NCBI RefSeq assembly: GCF_009914755.1
Contig: NC_060937.1
DNA: 64,000 bases
From: the human T2T-CHM13v2.0 reference genome, Homo sapiens
Reading direction: 5' to 3' (one strand)
This document shows, piece by piece, positions 48,536 to 62,229 of this stretch; the first letter of the stretch is position 1; every line of letters begins with the position of its first letter. The notes below the pieces were generated by a model. That model was not told the DNA's origin. It saw only the letters and a program-made list of their open reading frames with translations, and did not search any database. Position numbers and translations under genes: made by a program.

Positions 48536-51500
48536 TTATATACTGTACATAAAATATGAAAGTAACAAAACATTTATAATAAACTGTACATAAAATATCA
48601 AAGTACTCAAACTATATATCATATACTGTACATAAAATATCAAAGTACCCAAACTGTGTATTATTATATACTGTATATAAAATATCAAAGTACCTGAAAT
48701 ATATACTGTATACTGTACATAAAATATCAAAGTACCCAAAATATATACTATATACTGTACATAAAATATGAAGGTACATCAAATATATATTATATCCTGT
48801 ACATAAAATATCAAAGTACACCTATTATATATTGTGTACTGTACATAATATATTAAATCGCCCAAATATATATTGTATACTGTATATAAAATATGAAGGT
48901 ACTTCAAATATATATTATATGCTGCACATAAAATATCAAAGTACCCAAAGTATGCATTACATACTGTACATAAAATATCAAAGTACACATATTATCTATT
49001 ATATAATGTACATAAAATATGAAGGTTCATCAAATATATATTATATTCTGTACATAATATATCAAAGTACATCAAATATATATTATATACTGTACATAAA
49101 ATATCAAAGTACCAAAAATATGTATTATATACTGTACATAAAACATGAAAGTAACCAAACATTTATAATAAACTGTACTTAAAATATCAAAGTACTCAAT
49201 CTACATATTATATACAGTATATAAAATATCAAAGTACACAAACTGTATATTATATACTGTACATAATATATCAAAGTACCCAGAATATATAGCATACTGT
49301 ACTTAAAATATCAAAGTACCCAAAATATATATTGTATACTGTACATAAAATATGAAGGTACATCAAAGATATATTATATTCTGTACATAAAATATCAAAG
49401 TACACCAAATATATATTATATGCTGTACATAATATATTAAAGTTGCCCATATATACATTATATACTGTACATAAAATATGAACGTACATCAAATATATAG
49501 TATATGCTGCACATAAAATATCAAAGTACCCAAAGTATGTATTATACACTGTACATAAAATATCAAAGTACCAAAAGTATATATTACATACTGTAAATAA
49601 AATATGAAGGTACCTCAAATATATATTATATTCTGTACATAAAATATCAAAGTACACCAAGTATATACTATATACTCTGCATAAAATATTAAATTACCCA
49701 AAATATGTATTGCATTGTGTACATAAAATATGAAAGTAACCAGACATTTATAATAAACTGTACTAAAATATCAAAGTACTCAAACTGTATATTATATACT
49801 GTACATAAAGTATCAAAGTACCCAAACTGTGTAGTATATACTGTACATAAAATATCAAGGTACCCAAAATATATATTGTAAACTGTAGATAAAATATCAA
49901 AGTACCCAAAATATATATTATATACTGTACATAAAATATGAAGGCACATCCAATATATATTATATTCTGTACATAAAATATCAAAGTACACCAAATGTAT
50001 ATTATATACTGTACATAAAATATCAAAGTACCCAAAGTGTATATTATATACTGTACATAAAATATGAAGATTCATCAAATATATTTTATATTCTGCACAT
50101 AATATATCAAAGTACAGCAAATATATATTATATACTGTACATAAAATATCAAAGTACCCAAAATATGTATTATATACTGTACATAAAATATGAAAGTAAC
50201 CAAACATTTATAATAAACTGTACATAAAGTATCAAAGTACTCAAACTACATATTATATACAGTATATAAAATGTCAAAGTACCCAAACTGTATATTATAT
50301 ACTGTACATAATATATCAAAGTACCTGAATATATAGCATACTGTACATAAAATATCAAAGTACCCAAAGTGTGTATTATACACTGCACATAAAATATGAA
50401 GGTACATAAAATATATATTGTATTCTGTACATAAAATATCAAAGTACTCCAAATATATATTATATGCTGTACATAATATATTAAAGTCGCCCAAATATAT
50501 ATTATATACTGTACATAAAATATGAAGGTACATCAAATATATATTATATGCTGCACATAAAATATCAAAGTACCCAAAGTATGTGTTATATACTGTACAT
50601 AAAATATCAAAGTACCCAAAGTATATATTATATACTGTACATAAAATATAAAATACCCCAAATATATATTATATGCTGTACATAAAATATCAAAGTACAC
50701 AAAATATGTATTATATACTGTACATAAAATACCAAAGGACCCAAAATATATATTATATACTGTACATAAAATATCAAAATACCCAAAATATATATTATAT
50801 ACTGTACATAAAATACCAAAGTACCCAAAGTATATATTATATACCGTACAAAAAATGTCAAAGTAGCCAAAATATGTATTATACACTGTACATAATATAT
50901 GAAAGTACCCAAACATTTATAATAAACTGTACATAAAATATCAATGTACTCAAACTATATATTATGTGCGGTACATAAGATATCAAATTACCCATAGTAT
51001 ATAGTATATACTGTACTTAAAATATCAAAATACCCAAAATATATATTATATACGTTACATAAACTATCAAATACACAAAGTATGTATTATATACTGTACA
51101 TAAAATAGCAAAGTTCCCAAAATATGTATTATATATATTATAAATATGTACATAAAATATGAAAGTACCCAACCATTTATAATAAATTCTACATAAAACA
51201 CCAAAGTACCCAAACTGTGTATTATATACTGTCCATAAAATATCAAAGGACCCAAAATATATATTGTAAACTCTACATAAAATATCAAAGTAGCCAAAAT
51301 ACATATTGTATACTGTACATAAATTATAAAAGTACCCCAAATATATATTATATACTGTACATAAAATATCAAAGTACCCATAATACATATTATATACTGT
51401 ACATAAAATATCAAAGGACCCAAAATAAACATTATATACTGTACATAAAATATCCAAATACTCAAAATATATATTACATACTGTACATAAAATATCAAAG

Positions 51501-51557
51501 TACCCAAATTATGTATTATATACTGTACGTAAAATATCAGAGAACCCAAAATATGCA
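48536..51557 (+). repeat. Higher-order unit B' with 1-bp deletion (3022 bp)
   Basis: TACTAAAATA at 49761 instead of TACATAAAATA. 10-bp insertion at 51136-51146. Confidence 0.88.
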
Positions 51558-54500
51558 TTATATACTGTACATAAAATATGAAAGTAACAAAACATTTATA
51601 ATAAACTGTACATAAAATATCAAAGTACTCAAACTATATATCATATACTGTACATAAAATATCAAAGTACCCAAACTGTGTATTATTATATACTGTATAT
51701 AAAATATCAAAGTACCTGAAATATATATTGTATACTGTACATAAAATATCAAAGTACACAAAATATATACTATATACTGTACATAAAATATGAAGGTACA
51801 TCAAATATATATTATATCCTGTACATAAAATATCAAAGTACACCTATTATATATTGTTTACTGTACATAATATATTAAATCGCCCAAATATATATTGTAT
51901 ACTGTATATAAAATATGAAGGTACTTCAAATATATATTATATGCTGCACATAAAATATCAAAGTACCCAAGGTATGCATTACATACTGTACATAAAATAT
52001 CAAAGTACACAAATTATATATTATATACTGTACTTAAAATATGTAGGTTCATCAAATATATTTTATATTCTGTACATAATATATCAAAGTACATCAAATA
52101 TATATTATATACGGTACATAAAATATCAAATTACCCAAAATATGCATTATTTACTGTACATAAAATATGAAAGTAACCAAACATTTATAATAAACTGTAC
52201 ATAAATTATCAAAGTACTCAATCTACATATTATATACAGTATATAAAATATCAAAGTACACAAACTGTATATTATATACTGTACATAATATGAAAAAGTA
52301 CCCAGAATATATAGCATACTGTACATACAATATCAAAGTACCCAGAATGTATATTGTATACTGTACATAAAATATGAAGGTACATCAAAGATATATTATA
52401 TTCTGTACATAAAATATCAAAGTACACCAAATATATATTATATGCTGTACATAATATATGAAAGTTGCCCATGTATACATTTTATACTGTACATAAAATA
52501 TGAAGGTACATCAAATATATAGTATATGCTGCACATAAAATATCAAAGTACCCAAAGTATGTATTATATACTGTACATAAAATATCAAAGTACCAAAAGT
52601 ATATATTACCTACTGTAAATAAAATATGAAGATACCTCAAATATATATTATATTCTGTACATGAAATATCAAAGTACACCAAGTATATACTATATACTCT
52701 ACATAAAATATTAAATTACCCAAAATATGTATTGTATTGTGTACATAAAATATGAAAGTAACCAAACATTTATAATAAACTGTACATAAAATATCAAAGT
52801 ACTCAAACTGTATATTATATACTGTACATAAAGTATCAAAGTACCCAAACTGTGTAGTATATACTGTACATAAAATATCAAGGTACCCAAAATGTATATT
52901 GTAAACTGTAGATAAAATATCAAAGTACCCAAAATATATATTATATACTGTACATAAAATATGAAGGCACATCCAATATATATTATATTCTGTACATAAA
53001 ATATCAAAGTACACCAAATGTATATTATATACTGTACATAAAATATAAAACTACCCCAAATATATCTTATATACTCTACATAAAATATCAAAGTACCCAA
53101 AATATATATTATATACTGTACATAATATATCAAAGTACCCATAGTATGTATTATATCCTGTACATAAAATATGAAAGTACGTCAAATATATATTCTATTC
53201 TGCACATAAAATATCATATTGCACCAAATATATATTGTATACTGTATATAAAATATGAAGGTACTTCAAATATATATTATATGCTGCACATAAAATATCA
53301 AAGTACCCAAAGTATGCATTATATACTGTACATAAAATATCAAAGTACCCAAAATGTATATTATATACTGTACATAAAATATGAAGGTTCATCAAATATA
53401 TTTTATATTCTGCACATAATATATGAAAGTACAGCAAATATATATTATATACTGTACATAAAATAACAAAGTACCAAAAATATGTATTATATACTGTACA
53501 TAAAATATGAAAGTAACCAAATATTTATAATAAACTGTATATAAAATATCAAAGTACTCAAACAACATATTATATACAGTATATAAAATATCAAAGTACC
53601 CAAACTGTATATTATATACTGTACATACTATATCAAAGTACCCGAATATATAGCATACTGTACATAAAATATCAAAGTACCCAAAATATATATTGTATAC
53701 TGTACATAAAATGTGAAGGTACATTAAAGATATATTATATTCTGTACATAAAATATCAAATTACACCAAATATATATTATATGCTGTACATAATATATTA
53801 AAGTCAACCAAATATATATTATATACTGTACATAAAATATGAAGATACATCAAATATATATTATATGCTGCACATAAAATATCAAAGTATCCAAAGTATG
53901 TATTATACACTGTACATAAAATATCAAAATACCAAAAGTATATATTACATACTGTAAATAAAATATGAAGGTACCACATATATATATTATATTCTGTACA
54001 TAAAATATCAAAGTACACCAAGTATATACTATATACTCTGCATAAAATATTAAATTACCCAAAATATGTATTGTATTGTGTACATAAAATATGAAAGTAA
54101 CCAAACATTTATAATAAACTGTACATAAAATATCAAAGTACTCAAACTGTATATTATATACTGTACATAAAGTATCAAAGTACCCAAACTGTGTAGTATA
54201 TACTGTACAAAAAATATCAAGGTACCCAAAATATATATTGTAAACTGTAGATAAAATATCAAAATACCCAAAATATATATTATATACTGTACATAAAATA
54301 TGAAGGCACATCCAATATATATTATATTCTGTACATAAAATATCAAAGTACACCAAATGTATATTATATACTGTACATAAAATATCAAAGTACCCAAAGT
54401 GTATATTATATACTGTACATAAAATATGAAGGTTCATCAAACATATTTTATATTCTCCACATAATATATCAAAGTACAGCAAATATATATTATATACTGT

Positions 54501-55909
54501 ACATAAAATATCAAAGTACCCAGAATATGTATTATATACTGTACATAAAATATGAAAGTAAGCAAACATTTGTAATAAAATGTACATAAAGTAACAAAGT
54601 ACTCAAACTACATATTATATACAGTATATAAAATGTCAAAGTACCCAAACTGTATATTATATACTGTACATAATATATCAAAGTACCCGAATATATAGCA
54701 TACTGTACATAAAATATCAAAGTACCCAAAGTGTGTATTATACACTGCACATAAAATATGAAGGTACATAAAATATATATTGTATTCTGTACATAAAATA
54801 TCAAAGTACTCCAAATATATATTATATGCTGTACATAATATATTAAAGTCGCCCAAATATATATTATATACTGTACATAAAATATGAAGGTACATCAAAT
54901 ATATATTATATGCTGCACATAAAATATCAAAGTACCCAAAGTATGTGTTATATACTGTACATAAAATATCAAAGTACCCAAAGTATATATTATATACTGT
55001 ACATAAAATATAAAATACCCCAAATATATATTATATGCTCTACATAAAATATCAAAGTACACAAAATATGTATTATATACTGTACATAAAATACCAAAGG
55101 ACCCAAAATATATATTATATACTGTACATAAAATATCAAAATACCCAAAATATATATTATATACTGTACATAAAATACCAAAGTACCCAAAGTATATATT
55201 ATATACCGTACAAAAAATATCAAAGTAGCCAAAATATGTATTATACACTGTATATAATATATGAAAGTACCCAAACATTTATAATAAACTGTACATAAAA
55301 TATCAATGTACTCAAACTATATATTATGTGCGCTACATAAGATATCAAAGTACCCATACTATATAGTATATACTGTACTTAAAATATCAAAATACCCAAA
55401 ATATATATTATATACGTTACATAAACTATCAAATACACAAAGTATGTATTATATACTGTACATAAAGTAGCAAAGTTCCCAAAATATGTATTACATACTG
55501 TACATAAAATATGAAAGTACCCAACCATTTATAATAAACTCTACATAAAATACCAAAGTACCCAAACTGTGTATTATATACTGTCCATAAAATATAAAAG
55601 TACCCAAAATATATATTGTAAACTCTACATAAAATATCAAAGTAGCCAAAATACATATTGTATACTGTACATAAAATATAAAAGTACCCCAAATATATAT
55701 TATATACTGTACATAAAATATCAAAGTACCCATAATACATATTATATACTGTACATAAAATATCAAAGGACCCAAAATAAACATTATATACTGTACATAA
55801 AATATCCAAATACTCAAAATATATATTACATACTGTACATAAAATATCAAAGTACCCAAATTATGTATTATATACTGTACGTAAAATATGAGAGTACCCA
55901 AAATATGCG
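51558..55909 (+). repeat. Higher-order unit C (4352 bp)
   Basis: Near-copy of 24502-28853 at offset 27056. Confidence 0.88.
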
Positions 55910-58900
55910 TTATATACTGTACATAAAATATGAAAGTAACAAAACATTTATAATAAACTGTACATAAAATATCAAAGTACTCAAACTATATATCATATAC
56001 TGTACATAAAATATCAAAGTACCCAAACTGTGTATTACTACATACTGTATATAAAATATCAAAGTACCTGAAATATATATTTTATACTGTACATAAAATA
56101 TCAAAGTACCCAAAATATATACTATATACTGTACATAAAATATGAAGGTACATCAAATATATATTATATCCTGTACATAAAATATCAAAGTACTCCTATT
56201 ATATATTGTGTACTGTACATAATATATTAAATCGCCCAAATATATATTGTATACTGTATATAAAATATGAAGGTACTTCAAATATATATTATATGCTGCA
56301 CATAAAATATCAAAGTACCCAAAGTATGCATTACATACTGTACATAAAATATCAAAGTACACAAATTATATATTATATTCTGTACATAAAATATGTAGGT
56401 TCATCAAATATATTTTATATTCTGTACATAATATATCAAAGTACATCAAATATATATTATATACGGTACATAAAATATCAAAGTACCCAAAATATGTACA
56501 ATTTACTGTACCTAAAATATGAAAGTAACCAAACTTTTATAATAAACTGTACATAAAATATCAAAGTACTCAATCTACATATTATATACAGTATATAAAA
56601 TATCAAAGTACACAAACTGTATATTATATACTGTACATAATATATCAAAGTACCCAGAATATATAGCATACTGTACATACAATATCAAAGTACCCAGAAT
56701 GTATATTGTATACTGTACATAAAATATGAAGGTACATCAAAGATATATTATATTCTGTACATAAAATATCAAAGTACACCAAATATATATTATATGCTGT
56801 ACATAATATATTAAATTTGCCCATGTATACATTTTATACTGTACATAAAATATGAAGGTACATCAAATATATAGTATATGCTGCACATAAAATATCAAAG
56901 TACCCAAAGTATGTATTATATACTGTACATAAAATATCAAAGTACCAAAAGTATATATTACCTACTGTAAATAAAATATGAAGATACCTCAAATATATAT
57001 TATATTCTGTACATGAAATATCAAAGTACACCAAGTTTATACTATATACTCTACATAAAATATTAAATTACCCAAAATATGTATTGTATTGTGTACATAA
57101 AATATGAAAGTAACCAAACATTTATAATAAACTGTACATAAAATATCAAAGTACTCAAACTTTATATTATATACTGTACATAAAGTATCAAAGTACCCAA
57201 ACTGTGTAGTATATACTGTACATAAAATATCAAGGTACCCAAAATGTATATTGTAAACTGTAGATAAAATATCAAAGTACCCAAAATATATATTATATAC
57301 TGTACATAAAATATGAAGGCACATCCAATATATATTATATTCTGTACATAAAATATCAAAGTACACCAAATGTATATTATATACTGTACATAAAATAAAA
57401 AACTACCCCAAATATATATTATATACTCTACATAAAATATCAAAGTACACAAAATATATATTATATACTGTACATAATATATCAAAGTACCCATAGTATG
57501 TATTATATCCTGTACATAAAATATGAAAGTACGTCAAATATATATTCTATTCTGCACATAAAATATCATATTGCACCAAATATATATTGTATACTGTATA
57601 TAAAATATGAAGGTACTTCAAATATATATTATATGCTGCACATAAAATATCAAAGTACCCAAAGTATGCATTATATACTGTACATAAAATATCAAAGTAC
57701 CCAAAGTGTATATTATATACTGTACATAAAATATGAAGGTTCATCAAATATATTTTATATTCTGCACATAATATATCAAAGTACAGCAAATATATATTAT
57801 ATACTGTACATAAAATAACAAAGTACCAAAAATATGTATTATATACTGTACATAAAATATGAAAGTAACCAAATATTTATAATTAACTGTATATAAAATA
57901 TCAAAGTACTCAAACTACATATTATATACAGTATATAAAATATCAAAGTACCCAAACTGTATATTATATACTGTACATACTATATCAAAGTACCCGAATA
58001 TATAGCATACTGTACATAAAATATCAAAGTACCCAAAATATATATTGTATACTGTACATAAAATATGAAGGTACATCAAAGATATATTATATTCTGTACA
58101 TAAAATATCAAAGTACACCAAATATATATTATATGCTGTACAGAATATATTAAAGTCGACCAAATATATATTATATACTGTACATAAAATATGAAGATAC
58201 ATCAAATATATATTATATGCTGCACATAAAATATCAAAGTACCCTAAGTATGTATTATATACTGTACATAAAATATCAAAGTACCCAAAGTATATATTAT
58301 ATACTGTACATAAAATATAAAATACCCCAAATATATATTATATGCTGTACATAAAATATCAAAGTACACAAAATATGTATTATGTACTGTACATAAAATA
58401 TCAAAGGATCCAATATATATATTATATAGTGTACATAAAATATCAAAATACCCAAAATATATATTATATACTGTACATAAAATACCAAAGTACCCAAAGT
58501 ATATATTATATACCGTACAAAAAATATCAAAGTAGCCAAAATATGTATTATACACTGTACATAATATATGAAAGTACCCAAACATTTATAATAAACTGTA
58601 CATAAAATATCAATGTACTCAAACTATATATTATGTGCGGTACATAAGATATCAAAGTACCCATACTATATAGTATATACTGTACTTAAAATATCAAAAT
58701 ACCCAAAATATATATTATATACGTTACATAAACTATCAAATACACAAAGTATGTATTATATACTGTACATAAAATAGCAAAGTTCCCAAAATATGTATTA
58801 TATACTGTACATAAAATATGAAAGTACCCAACCATTTATAATAAAGTCTACATAAAATACCAAAGTACCCAAACTGTGTATTATATACTGTCCATAAAAT

Positions 58901-59216
58901 ATCAAAGGACCCAAAATATATATTGTAAACTCTACATAAAATATCAAAGTAGCCAAAATACATATTGTATACTGTACATAAAATATAAAAGTACCCCAAA
59001 TATGTATTATATACTGTACATAAAATATCAAAGTACCCATAATACATATTATATACTGTACATAAAATATCAAAGGACCCAAAATAAACATTATATACTG
59101 TACATAAAATATCCAAATACTCAAAATATATATTACGTACTGTACATAAAATATCAAAGTACCCAAATTATGTATTATATACTGTACGTAAAATATCAGA
59201 GTACCCAAAATATGCA
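55910..59216 (+). repeat. Higher-order unit A (3307 bp)
   Basis: Landmark spacing 3307, A block present. Confidence 0.9.
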
Positions 59217-62200
59217 TTATATACTGTACATAAAATATGAAAGTAACAATACATTTATAATAAACTGTACATAAAATATCAAAGTACTCAAACTATATAT
59301 CATATACTGTACATAAAATATCAAAGTACCCAAACTGTGTATTATTATATACTGTATATAAAATATCAAAGTACCTGAAATATATATTGTATACTGTACA
59401 TAAAATATCAAAGTACCCAAAATATATACTATATACTGTACATAAAATATGAAGGTACATCAAATATATATTATATCCCGTACATAAAATATCAAAGTAC
59501 ACCTATTATATATTGTGTACTGTACATAATATATTAAATCGCCCAAATATATATTGTATACTGTATATAAAATATGAAGGTACTTCAAATATATATTATA
59601 TGCTGCACATAAAATATCAAAGTACCCAAAGTATGCATTACATACTGTACATAAAATATCAAAGTACACATATTATCTATTATATAATGTACATAAAATA
59701 TGAAGGTTCATCAAATATATATTATATTCTGTACATAATATATCAAAGTACATCAAATATATATTATATACTGTACATAAAATATCAAAGTACCAAAAAT
59801 ATGTATTATATACTGTACATAAAACATGAAAGTAACCAAACATTTATAATAAACTGTACATAAAATATCAAAGTACTCAATCTACATATTATATACAGTA
59901 TATAAAATATCAAAGTACACAAACTGTATATTATATACTGTACATAATATATCAAAGTACCCAGAATATATAGCATACTGTACATAAAATATCAAAGTAC
60001 CCAAAATATATATTGTATACTGTACATAAAATATGAAGGTACATCAAAGATATATTATATTCTGTACATAAAATATCAAACTACACCAAATATATATTAT
60101 ATGCTGTACATAATATATTAAAGTTGCCCATATATACATTATATACTGTACATAAAATATGAACGTACATCAAATATATAGTATATGCTGCACATAAAAT
60201 ATCAAAGTACCCAAAGTATGTATTATACACTGTACATAAAATATCAAAGTACCAAAAGTATATATTACATACTGTAAATAAAATATGAAGGTACCTCAAA
60301 TATATATTATATTTTATACATAAAATATCAAAGTACACCAAGTATATACTATATATTCTGCATAAAATATTAAATTACCCGAAATATGTATTGTATTGTG
60401 TACATAAAATATGAAAGTAACGAAACATTTATAATAAACTGTACATAAAATATCAAAGTACTCAAACTGTATATTATATACTGTACATAAAGTATCAAAG
60501 TACCCAAACTGTGTAGTATATACTGTACATAAAATATCAAGGTACCCAAAATATATATTGTAAACTGTAGATAAAATATCAAAGTACCCAAAATATATAT
60601 TATATACTGTACATGAAATATGAAGGCACATCCAATATATATTATACTCTGTACATAAAATATCAAAGTACACCAAATGTATATTATATACTGTACATAA
60701 AATATCAAAGTACCCAAAGTGTATATTATATACTGTACATAAACTATGAAGGTTCATCAAATATATTTTATATTCTGCACATAATATATCAAAGTACAGC
60801 AAATATATATTATATACTGTACATAAAATATCAAAGTACCCAAAATATGTATTATATACTGTACATAAAATATGAAAGTAAGCAAACATTTATAATAAAC
60901 TGTACATAAAGTATCAAAGTACTCAAACTACATATTATATACAGTATATAAAATATCAAAGTACCCAAACTGTATATTATATACTGTACATAATATATCA
61001 AAGTACCCGAATATATAGCATACTCTACATAAAATATCAAAGTACCCAAATTTTGTATTATACACTGCACATAAAATATGAAGGTACATCAAAGATATAT
61101 TATATTCTGTACATAAAATATCAAAGTACACCAAATATATATTATATGCTGTACATAATATATTAAAGTCGACCAAATATATATTATATACTGTACATAA
61201 AATATGAAGGTACATCAAATATATATTATATGCTGCACATAAAATATCAAAGTACCCAAAGTATGTGTTATATACTGTACATAAAATATCAAAGTACCCA
61301 AAGTATATATTATATACTGTACATAAAATATAAAATACCCCAAATATATATTATATGCTGTACATAAAATATCAAAGTACACAAAATATGTATTATATAC
61401 TGTACATAAAATACCAAAGGGCCCAAAATATATATTATATACTGTACATAAAATATCAAAATACCCAAAATATATATTATATACTGTACATAAAATACCA
61501 AAGTACCCAAAGTATATATTATATACCGTACAAAAAATATCAAAGTAGCCAAAATATGTATTATACACTGTACATAATATATGAAAGTACCCAAACATTT
61601 ATAATAAACTGTACATAAAATATCAATGTACTCAAACTATATATTATGTGCGCTACATAAGATATCAAAGTACCCATACTATATAGTATATACTGTACTT
61701 AAAATATCAAAATACCCAAAATATATATTATATACGTTACATAAACTATCAAATACACAAAGTATGTATTATATACTGTACATAAAATAGCAAAGTTCCC
61801 AAAATATGTATTATATACTGTACATAAAATATGAAAGTACCCAACCATTTATAATAAAGTCTACATAAAATACCAAAGTACCCAAACTGTGTATTATATA
61901 CTGTCCATAAAATATCAAAGGACCCAAAATATATATTGTAAACTCTACATAAAATATCAAAGTAGCCAAAATACATATTGTATACTGTACATAAAATATA
62001 AAAGTACCCCAAATATATATTATATACTGTACATAAAATATCAAAGTACCAATAATACATATTATACACTGTACATAAAATATCAAAGGACCCAAAATAA
62101 ACATTATATACTGTACATAAAATCTCCAAATACTCAAAATATATATTACATACTGTACATAAAATATCAAAGTACCCAAATTATGTGTTATATACTGTAC

Positions 62201-62229
62201 GTAATATATCAGAGTACCCAAAATATGCA
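59217..62229 (+). repeat. Higher-order unit B (3013 bp)
   Basis: Landmark spacing 3013. Confidence 0.9.

Noticed and set aside
49741-49770. Single-base deletion plus a nearby substitution that fuses two ORF frames (172-aa ORF)
   Set aside because: An isolated private variant or consensus error. It is useful only for explaining the 27057 to 27056 offset change.
53850-54587. Longest ORF in the window (245 aa, minus strand)
   Set aside because: It results from one substitution (TACCACA vs TACCTCA) removing a stop in the satellite frame. The sibling copy at 26920-27531 is shorter.
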